Assembly: GCA_019694135.1 (NCBI GenBank)
Contig: JAIBCM010000004.1
Span: forward strand, 65,364-129,363
Length of the DNA stretch: 64,000 nt
Direction: 5' to 3'
Source: Verrucomicrobiia bacterium
Lineage (GTDB): Bacteria; Verrucomicrobiota; Verrucomicrobiia; JADLBR01; JAIBCM01
Shown here: positions 19,495-30,088 of the stretch, piece by piece
Layout of the letters: each line of letters begins with the position of its first letter
How positions within the stretch are numbered: position 1 is the stretch's first letter
Notes under the pieces: generated by a model
What the model was told of the DNA's origin: nothing
Seen by the model: the letters and a program-made list of their open reading frames with translations, nothing else
Database searches by the model: none
Program-made: the position numbers and the translations under genes

Positions 19495-20295
19495 ATGCGA
19501 AAAAATGCGAATCCTAATCAGTTCCTTTTTATTGGGGGGCCTTGTGTTATTGAATCAGAAAAACTTTGTTTTCAAGTTGCCGAAAAGTTATGTGAAGTCT
19601 CCCATGAAGTGGGATTTCATTTTGTTTTTAAGGCAAGTTACGATAAAGCGAATCGCACGTCTCATGCGAGTTTTCGAGGGTTGGGAATGAGGGAGGGGCT
19701 GGCCATTTTGGAAAAGGTGAAAAGCCGATTTCAAATTCCCATTTTAACGGATGTGCATTCTGTTGAAGAAGTGAAACCAGTTTCAGAAGTGGCCGATATT
19801 TTGCAGATTCCTGCTTTTTTGTGTCGTCAGACCGATTTGCTTGTTGCAGCGGCCCAAAGTGGGCGCAAGGTTAACGTGAAAAAAGGTCAATTTTTGAGTC
19901 CGTGGGATGTAAAACCTATTTTGGAAAAATTAAGAAGCGCGGGTGCCAAGAAATATTTTATTACTGAGCGCGGTACGACGTTTGGTTATAATAATTTAGT
20001 GGTGGACATGCGCGGTTTGTTTTGGATGAAGCAATTAGGCGCCTCAGTTATTTTTGATGCCACACATGCCGTGCAACGACCGGGGGGATTAGGTCGAGCA
20101 ACGGGCGGCGATCGCGAATTGGCGCCTGTGTTGGCGCGCGCTGCGATGGCGGTGGGGATTGATGGGTTGTTTTTTGAGGCGCATCCTCAACCGGAGAAAG
20201 CTTTATCAGATGGACCGAATCAATTATTATTAAAAGATGTGCCGAAAATTTTGCGTGAGTTGGCCGCGATTCGAAAAGTAGTGAGGGAGGGATAG
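19495..20295 (+). CDS. kdsA: 3-deoxy-8-phosphooctulonate (KDO-8-P) synthase
   Basis: Near-collinear with E. coli KdsA: FKASYDKANRTS, LQIPAFLCRQTDL, NVKKGQF, VVDMRG, FDATHA, GMAVG. Confidence 0.9.
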   Translation: MRKNANPNQFLFIGGPCVIESEKLCFQVAEKLCEVSHEVGFHFVFKASYDKANRTSHASFRGLGMREGLAILEKVKSRFQIPILTDVHSVEEVKPVSEVADILQIPAFLCRQTDLLVAAAQSGRKVNVKKGQFLSPWDVKPILEKLRSAGAKKYFITERGTTFGYNNLVVDMRGLFWMKQLGASVIFDATHAVQRPGGLGRATGGDRELAPVLARAAMAVGIDGLFFEAHPQPEKALSDGPNQLLLKDVPKILRELAAIRKVVREG

Positions 20296-20299
20296 TGCT

Positions 20300-21112
20300 A
20301 TGAAAAAAATAATGATTTTAGGTCTTTTATTGAGTTTGGGAATGACTCGCGGAGGGGCTCAGGAGTGGCAGCGTTCCGTTCAAGCGAAATTAACTTGGTT
20401 GGGACATGGTTATTTTATTGTAACGACGGCTACGGGTATTCACGTTGCGATTGATCCTTATGATCGCAATTTATTTCCTTATCAATTACCGGCCTCTCTC
20501 GAGGCGGATATTGTTTTGATCACGCATGAATCCAACGAGGCTAATGCGGCAGAGCAAGTCGGTGGTAATCCGCAGGTTTATCGCAGCGCTACCGGTTTAG
20601 GACTCAATGTTGCCAATGGCATGCGATTTTTTGGCACTCGTAGCCAAAGGAGTAATGGCGCGAATAATGTGATTTTTTCTTTTCGAACGGGCGATATTCG
20701 GATCGCGCATCTAGGCGCTTTAGGTCAAAAATTAAGCGGCGATGATTTGGAGTCGATCGGTCCTATTGATATTGTTATTGCTCCTATCGGCCATCCTTTA
20801 TCTTTGTTGCCTGAAGAGATGGTGGAAACGGTAAAAGCTCTTGGCGCAAAAGTTTTGGTGCCGGCTTTTTTTGCGACATCTTATTCTAAGAATTTTCGTT
20901 TGGGCTCGTTAGAAGAATTTTTAAAGAAAAATCCGGAAATCCCGGTAAAAGAATTGAACTCGAATGAGTTAATTCTTTCCTCGGCTAAATTGCCAAAATC
21001 GTTGCAGGTTTGGGTTTTAAAAACGCCTTCTGATGCGCCAACCCTACCTGAAAAGTCGAAAGATGATAAGGCCCAGAAAAAACCGGAAGCTCATTCTGAA
21101 ACAACGCCTTAA
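20300..21112 (+). CDS. Secreted MBL-fold hydrolase-like protein (COG2220-like), with a degenerate metal-binding motif
   Basis: Signal peptide. The LTWLGHGYFIV...AIDPY pattern is typical of this MBL subfamily. The expected HxHxDH reads THESNEAN. Confidence 0.5.
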   Translation: MKKIMILGLLLSLGMTRGGAQEWQRSVQAKLTWLGHGYFIVTTATGIHVAIDPYDRNLFPYQLPASLEADIVLITHESNEANAAEQVGGNPQVYRSATGLGLNVANGMRFFGTRSQRSNGANNVIFSFRTGDIRIAHLGALGQKLSGDDLESIGPIDIVIAPIGHPLSLLPEEMVETVKALGAKVLVPAFFATSYSKNFRLGSLEEFLKKNPEIPVKELNSNELILSSAKLPKSLQVWVLKTPSDAPTLPEKSKDDKAQKKPEAHSETTP

Positions 21113-21115
21113 TTT

Positions 21116-22360
21116 ATGAGGGTGTTAGTAGTCGGCAATGGAGCGCGCGAACATGCGCTTTGTTGGCGATTGAGCGATTATTGTGAAAAACTTTTTTGCG
21201 CTCCGGGCAATAGTGGTACTGGCTCCTTAGCAGAAAATGTTACGATTGAGGCTGACGACATTGAGAATTTGTTGCACTTTGCTCGTGATAATTCAATTAA
21301 TTTAACTGTGGTCGGGCCTGAAGCACCATTGTGTTTGGGAATTGTAGATCGTTTTCGAAAAGCTGGCTTGAAAATTTTTGGACCGACTCAGGAAGCAGCC
21401 CGATTAGAAGGGGATAAAGCGTTTACTAAACGATTGCTGCATTGTTATCATTTGCCGACGGCTTTTGCAGAAATTTTTTCGGATTGTTCAGAGGCCAAAA
21501 CTTATCTTAGTAAAACCACTTTCCCACGAGTTATTAAAGCTAACGGTTTGGCGAGTGGCAAAGGTAGTTGGATCGTTCATAATTCGAGTGAGGCTTACGC
21601 AGTGGTTGACCGATTGATGGGAGAAAAAATTTTTGGCGTGGCCGGTGAAACTATTTTGATTGAGGAATTTTTGCGAGGGGAAGAGTTTTCTTTGCATTTG
21701 TTGGTGTCTGGGAAGCAATTTATTATTTTGCCTTTGGTCAGGGATTACAAGCGATTAGAAAATCGTGATCAAGGACCCAATACGGGGGGGATGGGCGCAT
21801 GCGGTCCTTTGGATAATGTTTCTGAAAAGGAGTTGAAAGCGGAGATTGTGGAACCGTTATTAGACGCTTTGGAGAAGAAAAAAATTCATTATCAGGGTGT
21901 GCTTTATGTGGGTTTAATGAAGACGGCAGAGGGTTTGAAAATTTTGGAATTGAATTGTCGTTTTGGTGATCCCGAGATTTTGGTTTTGGCACAAATTTTG
22001 TCAGGAAATTGGTTGGAAGTTTTTCAAAATTTAGCGCAAGGAAAGTTGAGGGAGAAAAATTTTTTGCAAGTTCAAGGATTTAGCGTAGCGGTGGTGAAAG
22101 CGATGAAGGGTTATCCTAGTTTTAGTCAGAAGGAGCAAAGGATCATGTTGCCCGAAGAAACCTCGGGGATAAAAATTTTTCATGCGGGAACGCATCAAAA
22201 ACAAGGGCGACTCTTTACTCGAGGTGGTCGTATTTTAGCTTTATCGGCTTGGGGTGCGACGAGAAAAGGGGCAAAAATAAAAGTCGACACGTTGATTAAT
22301 GAACGAAATTTTGATGATGAAATTTATCGTTCCGATATTGCTGCAGATTGGCTAGGATAA
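21116..22360 (+). CDS. purD: Phosphoribosylamine-glycine ligase
   Basis: MRVLVVGNGAREHAL N-terminus and an ATP-grasp core. 414 aa. Confidence 0.9.
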   Translation: MRVLVVGNGAREHALCWRLSDYCEKLFCAPGNSGTGSLAENVTIEADDIENLLHFARDNSINLTVVGPEAPLCLGIVDRFRKAGLKIFGPTQEAARLEGDKAFTKRLLHCYHLPTAFAEIFSDCSEAKTYLSKTTFPRVIKANGLASGKGSWIVHNSSEAYAVVDRLMGEKIFGVAGETILIEEFLRGEEFSLHLLVSGKQFIILPLVRDYKRLENRDQGPNTGGMGACGPLDNVSEKELKAEIVEPLLDALEKKKIHYQGVLYVGLMKTAEGLKILELNCRFGDPEILVLAQILSGNWLEVFQNLAQGKLREKNFLQVQGFSVAVVKAMKGYPSFSQKEQRIMLPEETSGIKIFHAGTHQKQGRLFTRGGRILALSAWGATRKGAKIKVDTLINERNFDDEIYRSDIAADWLG

Positions 22361-22366
22361 AAAGAT

Positions 22367-23389
22367 ATGGTGAAAATTCGGTTATTGATATTGATAGGCT
22401 GCGTGGTTGCTTTGATGGGAAGGGCAGAAATCCAGTCGACAGAAGAGCTTTTAACTTTGCTTCGTTCCAATTACGTGGATGCGCAGGCTTTGGATGCAAC
22501 GGTACTAAATGAAGCATTGATTGTAGGGTTAAAAAAGAAGATAGAGCGAGGGTTTGAGGTGAGTTCAGAATCTTTGAGTGAATCGCTCTCTTTTTTCCAG
22601 AATTTTCAGGAGAGGAATGTTGTTTTTAATCAACGCTCTTTTTTATTATTACAATTTCTTAGCGATAAAAAAAATGAAAGGAATGCGAAGGATTATCGTA
22701 ATCGATTAATGAGTCGCTTAAAAAGTCAACCGCCGGCAGGAATTGTGATTGACGTGCGAGGTTGGAAAGATCTTTTTCATTATAATGAATTAGCACAATT
22801 TCTTTCGTTTTGGGTTTCTAAAAATAGTTCTTTGTTCGGTTTGGCTGCCTCAGATGAAACAGAAAAATTTTATCAATCCCAAGATGAGCCAATAAATGTT
22901 GTGATTCCTATTGTAGTGATTGTGAATGAAGACACGCGAGGAGTTGGCGAGGTGATGGCGGAATCATTGCGTCGCAATAAACGGGCTGTGATTGTGGGCA
23001 CGCAATCGGCTGGGATGGCAGTGCAAATATCAGAATGGATGGGCGCTCGCGATTCATTTTATCGTATTCCCACGCAGCGAGCGGTGTTTGCCAATAAAGA
23101 AGTGCCATTTTCTGGCAAGGTAGAGGCAGATGTGAAGGTGGCGATTGATTTGGATGAAGAGCGTTTCATTTTGCAGCAGGAAGCTGCAAGCGATGATTTG
23201 ACTGCATTTATTTTTGATGAAGAAAAAGAAGTAAAAAATAATGAGGCGGCATTGGTGGAAAAGAAAGACGTTGCTCAAGAAAAATCTAAGCCAGCTCAAT
23301 CCAGTGAAGAGAAAAGACAAGCGAGCGATATTGCTTTGCGCACGGGGTTGGATATTTTATTGGGGAGTCAAATTTTGAAAAATCTTTAA
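22367..23389 (+). CDS. Secreted S41 (tail-specific protease)-like domain protein; no catalytic Ser/Lys dyad evident
   Basis: Signal peptide. The segment VVIPIVVIVNEDTRGVGEVMAESLRRNKRAVIVGTQSAG aligns with the S41 VLVN-GSASASE...AGAL...IVG-TFGKG core, but the Ser and Lys positions are replaced. Acidic K/E-rich C-terminal tail. Confidence 0.4.
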   Translation: MVKIRLLILIGCVVALMGRAEIQSTEELLTLLRSNYVDAQALDATVLNEALIVGLKKKIERGFEVSSESLSESLSFFQNFQERNVVFNQRSFLLLQFLSDKKNERNAKDYRNRLMSRLKSQPPAGIVIDVRGWKDLFHYNELAQFLSFWVSKNSSLFGLAASDETEKFYQSQDEPINVVIPIVVIVNEDTRGVGEVMAESLRRNKRAVIVGTQSAGMAVQISEWMGARDSFYRIPTQRAVFANKEVPFSGKVEADVKVAIDLDEERFILQQEAASDDLTAFIFDEEKEVKNNEAALVEKKDVAQEKSKPAQSSEEKRQASDIALRTGLDILLGSQILKNL

Positions 23390-23450
23390 AAAGGAATTGG
23401 CAATCTTGACGACTGCTTTAGTTTGTAATGAAAGTTAAGCCCATAAAATA

Positions 23451-25637
23451 TTGTTCATGAATCGAAAAAAGATTCTTTTTGTTTGTACAGGCAATATCTG
23501 TCGAAGTCCGATGGCAGAGGCGTTGTTGCGTGATCGTTTAAAAACAGTAGAGGTGCAAAGTGCTGGATTAGCTGCAGGGTTGGGGCAAGCCCCAAGTCAT
23601 AACGCCATTTTAGCGATGCGTGAATTAGGAGTTGATATTAGCCATCAACGTAGCCAACCCGTTACTCCGGAATTGGTGAAATGGGCGGATCTGATTTTTG
23701 TGATGACATATGGTCATTTGGACATGATATTAATGTTGTTTCCTGCTGCGGCTGACAAAGTGTTTTTAATGCGGGAATTTGAGTCATCTCATCAATCGTT
23801 GCACAATTTGGAAATCGGTGACCCGTTTGGCGGATCGTTGGAACATTATATTGCTGTGAGAAAACAGCTTGAGCAAAGTTTACCCTATTTGGAGAATTTT
23901 CTTAAGGGCTCGGAAAATCCTGATCAGGCCATGAGATGGCATCGTGGTCGAATTCATTTGGCTTTTGGCGCAGACCATGGCGGTTATGAGTTGAAAAATA
24001 ATTTGGTGAATTGGGCAAAAGAGCAAGGTTATCAAGTCACCGATTTTGGTACCAATTCGGCTGAGTCGGTGGATTACCCGGGTTACGCTCAGGAAGTGGC
24101 TTTGTCAGTTGCTAATCATGAAAGTGATTTTGGAGTTTTGATTTGTCGGAGTGGAATTGGAATGAGTATTGCGGCGAATCGGATTCCTGGAGTGCGCGCT
24201 ACGGTGTTGAACGATGAGGCGGTGGCGGCAAAGAGTCGTGAACATAATGATATTAATGTATTATGTTTATCGGCGGATGAGGTGAGTTTTGAAAAAGCAA
24301 AATCAATTTTCAAAACTTGGCTAACCACACCTTTTGCTGGAGGACGTCATGAAAGGCGTGTGTGTCAAATTGAGGTGTATGGGAAAAATCGATTGAATCG
24401 CAATGCGGCTCTAGCGAAAAGTGATGAAGAGATTTTCAGGGCAGTTGAGGCAGAGTTGAAGCGGCAAAGTGAAAATATTGAATTGATTGCTTCTGAAAAT
24501 TTTACCAGTCGCGCTGTGATGGAAGCGCAAGGGTCGTGCTTGACCAATAAGTATGCAGAAGGCTATCCCAACCGCCGATGGTATGGAGGCTGTGAATTTG
24601 TTGATGATGCGGAGAGTTTAGCAATTGAGCGGGCAAAAAAATTATTTGGTGCGGAACATGTCAATGTTCAACCCCATTCTGGAAGCCAGGCCAATATGGC
24701 GGTTTATTTTAGTGTTTTAAAGCCAGGCGATAAAATTTTAACGATGGATTTATCGCACGGTGGTCATTTGACGCATGGACATCCGATGAATTTTTCAGGT
24801 CGATTTTATGATGTAGTTCATTATGGGGTTTCTGAAAAAACAGAAACGATCGATTACGATCATGTCGCTCAACTTGCGTCGCAAAATCGTCCTAAGATGA
24901 TTACTGCGGGCGCTTCTGCTTATTCGCGAGTGATTGATTTTGCGAAATTGCGAGAAATTGCAGATGCGGTAGGCGCTTATTTATTTGTCGATATGGCTCA
25001 TATTGCCGGGTTGATTGCGGCGGGTTTGCATCCCTCACCGATTGGAGTGGCAGATTTTGTGACGTCGACAACGCATAAAACATTGCGAGGGCCGCGTGGT
25101 GGTTTGATTTTGTGTCGCGAAAAATATGCTAAAGAAATTGATGCGCTATTGTTTCCTGGAATTCAGGGCGGGCCTTTGATGCATGTGATTGCGGCGAAAG
25201 CGGTTTGTTTTTATGAAGCGTTGCAACCGGGTTTTGTGGATTATCAAAAGCAAGTGGTTCGCAATGCCAAAGCTCTTTGCGAGGGGATGAAGCGCAATGG
25301 ATTTCGTATTGTTTCAGGTGGTACGGACAATCATCTCATGTTAGTGGATTTGCAACCGCAACAGTTAACGGGCAAAGAAGCGCAAGAAGTTTTGGATCGT
25401 GCAGGTATTACTGTGAATAAAAATGCCATTCCTTTTGATAAACAATCTCCTTTTAAGGCTGGAGGTATTCGTTTAGGATCGCCCGCAGTAACCACACGGG
25501 GTTTTAAAGAGGAGGAGATGTTTGAAGTGGCTGATTTGATTCATCATGTTTTGTTGAGTCGTCAGGATGAAAGGGCGATTCAAGGTATTCGCGAGCAAGT
25601 CAGGCAGATTATGAAACGTTATCCTTTGCCACATTAA
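23451..25637 (+). CDS. glyA: Tri-domain ORF: low-molecular-weight phosphotyrosine phosphatase, ribose-5-phosphate isomerase B, and serine hydroxymethyltransferase
   Basis: Residues 1-155: [16 protein letters not shown] (CX5R P-loop). About 165-310: [10 protein letters not shown] and [12 protein letters not shown] (RpiB). About 315-728: [11 protein letters not shown]...[12 protein letters not shown] (the SHMT PLP-binding Lys). One frame with no stop codon. A possible internal GTG is noted in the findings. Confidence 0.8.
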   Translation: MFMNRKKILFVCTGNICRSPMAEALLRDRLKTVEVQSAGLAAGLGQAPSHNAILAMRELGVDISHQRSQPVTPELVKWADLIFVMTYGHLDMILMLFPAAADKVFLMREFESSHQSLHNLEIGDPFGGSLEHYIAVRKQLEQSLPYLENFLKGSENPDQAMRWHRGRIHLAFGADHGGYELKNNLVNWAKEQGYQVTDFGTNSAESVDYPGYAQEVALSVANHESDFGVLICRSGIGMSIAANRIPGVRATVLNDEAVAAKSREHNDINVLCLSADEVSFEKAKSIFKTWLTTPFAGGRHERRVCQIEVYGKNRLNRNAALAKSDEEIFRAVEAELKRQSENIELIASENFTSRAVMEAQGSCLTNKYAEGYPNRRWYGGCEFVDDAESLAIERAKKLFGAEHVNVQPHSGSQANMAVYFSVLKPGDKILTMDLSHGGHLTHGHPMNFSGRFYDVVHYGVSEKTETIDYDHVAQLASQNRPKMITAGASAYSRVIDFAKLREIADAVGAYLFVDMAHIAGLIAAGLHPSPIGVADFVTSTTHKTLRGPRGGLILCREKYAKEIDALLFPGIQGGPLMHVIAAKAVCFYEALQPGFVDYQKQVVRNAKALCEGMKRNGFRIVSGGTDNHLMLVDLQPQQLTGKEAQEVLDRAGITVNKNAIPFDKQSPFKAGGIRLGSPAVTTRGFKEEEMFEVADLIHHVLLSRQDERAIQGIREQVRQIMKRYPLPH

Positions 25638-25651
25638 AATTATCGAAGGTC

Positions 25652-25873
25652 ATGAAACATTTAGAGGAGAGAGCACGACAAGCGGAAAAAATCATTGCGC
25701 AGCCTGCCGAGTATAAAGTCTGCGAAGGTTGTGGTTCGATTGTTAAGCAGTCCACGGTCATATGTCCGGTTTGTAAATCTTATCGTTTTGATGAACGTGA
25801 AGAAGCCGTGGTGGAACAAGCTAAGATTTTAGGATCACGTGAGGCGACCACGATTACAGATGAGGATTTATAA
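25652..25873 (+). CDS. Small zinc-ribbon protein
   Basis: 73 aa with CEGCGS...CPVCKS (two CxxC pairs). Tightly spaced after the glyA fusion. Confidence 0.4.
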   Translation: MKHLEERARQAEKIIAQPAEYKVCEGCGSIVKQSTVICPVCKSYRFDEREEAVVEQAKILGSREATTITDEDL

Positions 25874-25933
25874 TTCATCATTCCTTGGGGAAAGCCTTGC
25901 GTAATTGGGTAAAATAGCTTTAATTTAATAGAT

Positions 25934-27166
25934 ATGTCTCAACCTGTTGCTGCACCTAAAAAAGTTAATTTACGAACGCCCGATGTCATGAGCGCGGTGC
26001 AAGCACAAGTGGAAAGTCATTATCGCAGTGAATTGGTCGAATATGCTCGACATTCTTCGGGAGGCATTCTGACTGCGGGGGATTTGACCGTGCGTTTGGC
26101 TAAGGCGTTTGGATTTTGCTATGGGGTAGAGCGAGCCATTGATTTGGCTTATGCGTCAGCTAAAGTTTTTCCCAATAAAAAGATCTATTTGCTAGGCGAA
26201 ATTATTCATAATCCTGAGGTCAATCATCAGTTGCGCGAGTTGGGTATTCATTCCTTGAAAGAGGAAAAAGAAGGTTATGATTTAAATTTTATTACTGCCG
26301 ACGATGTAGTGATTGTGCCGGCTTTTGGCGCTGAAGTAAAAACGATGGATGTTTTGAAGGCGAAAGGATGTCAAATTGTTGATACGACTTGTGGTGACGT
26401 CATGAGTGTTTACAAACGCGTGCGCCAATATTCCCGGGAAAAAGTGACATCTATTATCCATGGCAAAGCGTGGCATGAAGAGACGAAAGCCACAAGTTCG
26501 CGAGCGCTTTCGGAAGATGGTTCGAGTCATTATTTGGTCGTGTTTAATTTGGAAGAAACCGATTATGTGTGCGATTATATTCGCAAAGGTGGAAATAAAG
26601 AGGAATTTTTGAAAAAATTTGAAGGGTGTCATTCTGTAGGATTTGATCCAGATTTGCATTTGAAAGATGTGGGTGTAGCGAATCAAACCACTATGTTGCG
26701 CGGTGAAACAGAAGAAGTGCAACGTCGCATTCAAAAAGCGATTGACGATCGTTATGGCTCCGTGGAAGCGCCTAAGCATTTTCGGTTTTTTGATACGATT
26801 TGTGGTGCGACTCAAGAGAGGCAAGATGCGCTTGAGCATTTGTTGAAACAACCTTTAGATCTTTTATTGGTAGTGGGCGGATATAATAGCAGCAATACCA
26901 CGCACTTAGCTGAAATGGGCGAGTCTTTGTTGCCGACTTATTTTATCAAAAATTCGGATCAACTGATTTCTGAAGAAAATATTTCACACTATAATCTTCA
27001 CGAGAAAAAAGAGATTATCACTTCCAATTGGTTACCAAAAGGTAAAGTGACAGTAGGTGTCACAGCAGGAGCCTCTTGCCCAAACAATATTATTGAATCT
27101 ACGATTCGTCGACTTTTCTTTTTGCGTGGTATTTCTGTGGAAAATTTAATTCCTAAAGCCAGTTAA
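25934..27166 (+). CDS. ispH: 4-hydroxy-3-methylbut-2-enyl diphosphate reductase, long form with an N-terminal extension
   Basis: GFCYGVERAIDLAY, TCGDV, and a third conserved Cys in the SCPNNIIE region. 410 aa versus about 310 for the short bacterial form. The extra roughly 55 N-terminal residues and internal inserts resemble the cyanobacterial/plastid-type enzyme. Confidence 0.85.
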   Translation: MSQPVAAPKKVNLRTPDVMSAVQAQVESHYRSELVEYARHSSGGILTAGDLTVRLAKAFGFCYGVERAIDLAYASAKVFPNKKIYLLGEIIHNPEVNHQLRELGIHSLKEEKEGYDLNFITADDVVIVPAFGAEVKTMDVLKAKGCQIVDTTCGDVMSVYKRVRQYSREKVTSIIHGKAWHEETKATSSRALSEDGSSHYLVVFNLEETDYVCDYIRKGGNKEEFLKKFEGCHSVGFDPDLHLKDVGVANQTTMLRGETEEVQRRIQKAIDDRYGSVEAPKHFRFFDTICGATQERQDALEHLLKQPLDLLLVVGGYNSSNTTHLAEMGESLLPTYFIKNSDQLISEENISHYNLHEKKEIITSNWLPKGKVTVGVTAGASCPNNIIESTIRRLFFLRGISVENLIPKAS

Positions 27167-27180
27167 TTTTTAAAAGTAAA

Positions 27181-28056
27181 TTAATTCTGAAAAAAACGAC
27201 GTTGCAAATAGGCGGCGTATTCGGTTTTGCCCAAGTCTTGAATTAAAGCTTCTAGTTGTTGTTTGCTAATCCAACCTTTTTCGAAAGCGATTTCTTCGAG
27301 GCAAGCAATTTTTAACCCTTGGCGATGTTGAATGGCTTCGACAAAATTTGCGGCTTCTAACAGCGATTCGTGGGTTCCGGTGTCGAGCCAGGCTGTGCCG
27401 CGGCCAAGTAGTTTTACTTTAAGTGTTTTTTGTTCCAGGTAGCAGCGATTGAGATCGGTGATTTCCAATTCGCCACGTGCTGAGGGTTTTAAATTTTGTG
27501 CGTAAGAAACCACTTTTTCATCGTAAAAATACAGGCCGGGAATTGCGCAATTGGATTTTGGTTTTTTGGGTTTTTCTTCAATCGATAAAACGTTGCCTTG
27601 CTTATCAAAATCTACTACGCCGTAACTTTCAGGATTGGCTACAGGATAAGCAAAAATAGTAGCTCCTTCGCTTTGATGTGTGGCGTCGTTAACAATATCA
27701 GAAAAATCGTGACCAAAAAAAAGATTATCACCCAAAACCAGGCAAGCGGGATGTTGATTGAGGAACTCAGCGCCAATGAGAAATGCTTGAGCTAATCCTT
27801 CGGGTTTAGGTTGTTCAGCATAGGAAATGCGAAGACCAAATTGGCTACCATCATTAAAAAGCTGTTTGAAAAGGGGTAAGTCATTAGGTGTAGAAATAAT
27901 TAAAATATCTCGAATGTCCGCTAACATTAAAACCGAAAGAGGGTAATAAATCATCGGCTTATCATAAACCGGCATAAGCTGTTTGCTAATGGCGCGTGTT
28001 ATGGGATAAAGCCGCGTCCCAGAGCCTCCTGCCAAGATGATGCCTTTGCGATTCAT
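27181..28056 (-). CDS. rmlA: Glucose-1-phosphate thymidylyltransferase
   Basis: [20 protein letters not shown], the canonical RmlA N-terminus. 291 aa. Confidence 0.9.
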   Translation of the reverse strand: MNRKGIILAGGSGTRLYPITRAISKQLMPVYDKPMIYYPLSVLMLADIRDILIISTPNDLPLFKQLFNDGSQFGLRISYAEQPKPEGLAQAFLIGAEFLNQHPACLVLGDNLFFGHDFSDIVNDATHQSEGATIFAYPVANPESYGVVDFDKQGNVLSIEEKPKKPKSNCAIPGLYFYDEKVVSYAQNLKPSARGELEITDLNRCYLEQKTLKVKLLGRGTAWLDTGTHESLLEAANFVEAIQHRQGLKIACLEEIAFEKGWISKQQLEALIQDLGKTEYAAYLQRRFFQN

Positions 28057-28063
28057 AGTTAAT

Positions 28064-29119
28064 TTATGTTAACAATCCTAAACGTTCTCTGCGATATTTT
28101 CCAGAGGTGATCGCCTCGCACCATTCGCGATGGGTTAAATACCAATTTACAGTTTTTTCCAAACCGGTGTGAAATGATTCTTGAGGACGCCAACCTAATT
28201 CTTGTGCAATTTTTTCGCAATTCATGGCGTAACGTCGATCGTGACCAGGTCGATCGGGCACAAAGGTAATTAATTTTTCGTGCGATTGACTGGCTGGCGA
28301 AAAACGGTCGAGTAAGGCGCAGATGGCTTTGACAATTTCCAGATTGGTCATTTCGTTTAGTCCACCAATGTTATAAGTTTCACCGAGTCTGCCTTGTTGC
28401 AAGACTTGGTAAATAGCGCGGCAATGGTCTTCCACATAAAGCCAGTCGCGAACGTTTAAACCGTCCCCATAAATGGGTAGAGGTTTTTGTTCCAAAGCAT
28501 TTAAGATAATTAAAGGAATGAGTTTTTCTGGAAATTGGTAGGGACCATAATTATTTGAGCAATTTGTCGTAAGCACAGGGAATTGATAAGTGTGAAAATA
28601 AGCGCGGACAAAATGGTCACTAGCCGCTTTGGAAGCGGAATAGGGGCTATTGGGAGCGTAGGACGTTGTTTCGCAGAATGCAGGTTCGTTGGATTGTAAC
28701 GAACCAAAAACTTCGTCCGTTGAAACATGTAGAAAACGAAATATTTTCGCATCTGCTTGGGCTAGTTTTTTCCAATAACTTTTGGCTGCTTCCAACAGGC
28801 GAAATGTTCCAATCACATTGGTATTGAGGAAGGCTTCCGGCCCTTCAATGGAACGATCGACATGTGATTCGGCGGCAAAATGAGCAATGGCGCTAATATT
28901 ATGTTCTAAGAGAATTTTTTCTACGAGTGATTGGTCACAAATATTGCCATGAATAAAGTGATAGCGAGGATTTGCTTCTAAATCTTTTAGGTTATCAAGA
29001 TTACCCGCGTAAGTGAGCAGATCTAGGTTAACCACATTTTCAACTTTAGATTGGAAGAGAAGATGGCGAATGAAATTGGATCCAATAAAACCCGCACCGC
29101 CTGTAACTAAAATCTTCAC
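28064..29119 (-). CDS. rmlB: dTDP-glucose 4,6-dehydratase
   Basis: [13 protein letters not shown] and the YSASKAASD catalytic motif. I moved the start to the GTG at 29119, which has a GGAAGG RBS and lies 3 nt after the upstream stop. The ORF-track start would overlap rmlD. Confidence 0.88.
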   Translation of the reverse strand: MKILVTGGAGFIGSNFIRHLLFQSKVENVVNLDLLTYAGNLDNLKDLEANPRYHFIHGNICDQSLVEKILLEHNISAIAHFAAESHVDRSIEGPEAFLNTNVIGTFRLLEAAKSYWKKLAQADAKIFRFLHVSTDEVFGSLQSNEPAFCETTSYAPNSPYSASKAASDHFVRAYFHTYQFPVLTTNCSNNYGPYQFPEKLIPLIILNALEQKPLPIYGDGLNVRDWLYVEDHCRAIYQVLQQGRLGETYNIGGLNEMTNLEIVKAICALLDRFSPASQSHEKLITFVPDRPGHDRRYAMNCEKIAQELGWRPQESFHTGLEKTVNWYLTHREWCEAITSGKYRRERLGLLT

Positions 29120-29124
29120 GTTTG

Positions 29125-30003
29125 CTAAGCCTTCCAATTTTTTAGAGCTTGTTGCAGAGCTTCTTTTACAGGACGCATGATAATACCGCAACGTTGCAGT
29201 TTTTGAGTGTCCATCACACAATTGGAACGTGGCGTTTTGGCGGCTTGTGTCATGAACTCTTTTTCGTCGCTAAAAAATTTGAATGGTTTTTCACACACGC
29301 CACTGGCTTGGATCATGTTCACAACTTCTTTGGTGGTGATGGAGTCTGGATTGGTGACATTATAAATGCCAAAGGGCACGCGTTTTTCCCAGCAACTCCA
29401 TGTGGCATGCACAAATTCGTCTAATTGAGAAAGGGAGTTGCGAGCTTCAAACAAAGTGTCGTAGCGCATGAGTTTAGTTAAATAATTACGCGGATTATCC
29501 ACTTCATTGAACGGAATGCGAAGTCTCCAAATGTAACAAGCTTGGGCGCTTGCTAAAATTTCTTCTCCCAATGCTTTTGAACCGCTGTAAAAACTGCAGT
29601 GATTTTGGCGAAAACTAAAATTGGGTTTATCTTCTTCGGTAAATCCTTGTGGATTATTGACATTGCCTCCTTTATCGCCCGAATAAATACAGCCGGAGGA
29701 GACGTGTCCCCACGGGGTTTGAGTCAATTCGCACGCTTGCTGAATGACGCCTGGCAAAACCGCGTTGCCAAAAAGACATTCTGTTTTATGGATTTCGCAA
29801 GCGTCCACGTTTGGTTTTCCTGTATAACCCGCGGCATTTAATAAAAATTCAGGTTTTATTTCTTTTAATAAAGCTACGAGATTATCGCGTTGGGCGTAAT
29901 CGACATCGGCACGTCGGATGTTACGAAAAGCGATATTGCGTTGCCGAAAATAGGCTTGATAAGCCGAGCCTACATAACCGGAACCTCCTAACAATAAAAC
30001 CAT
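29125..30003 (-). CDS. rmlD: dTDP-4-dehydrorhamnose reductase-like NAD(P)-dependent reductase
   Basis: LLLGGSGYVGS, NAAGYTGKPNVDACE, and a YSGSK catalytic motif. The start is set at the internal ATG (MVLLLGG). Confidence 0.7.
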   Translation of the reverse strand: MVLLLGGSGYVGSAYQAYFRQRNIAFRNIRRADVDYAQRDNLVALLKEIKPEFLLNAAGYTGKPNVDACEIHKTECLFGNAVLPGVIQQACELTQTPWGHVSSGCIYSGDKGGNVNNPQGFTEEDKPNFSFRQNHCSFYSGSKALGEEILASAQACYIWRLRIPFNEVDNPRNYLTKLMRYDTLFEARNSLSQLDEFVHATWSCWEKRVPFGIYNVTNPDSITTKEVVNMIQASGVCEKPFKFFSDEKEFMTQAAKTPRSNCVMDTQKLQRCGIIMRPVKEALQQALKNWKA

Positions 30004-30088
30004 AGCACTGGTTTCATAAGTGGTCGCACGATGTCTCGCAAGGTTTTTGTTGGGAAATCCCAAAATCTATGGTTTACTAGTGACTAAA

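Noticed and set aside
28064-30063. ORF-track starts giving rmlB and rmlD N-terminal extensions of 34 and 20 aa with an rmlB/rmlD overlap
   Set aside because: Internal GTG/ATG starts with an RBS reproduce the canonical N-termini ([24 protein letters not shown]) and remove the overlaps. The longer versions are probably artefacts of picking the longest ORF.
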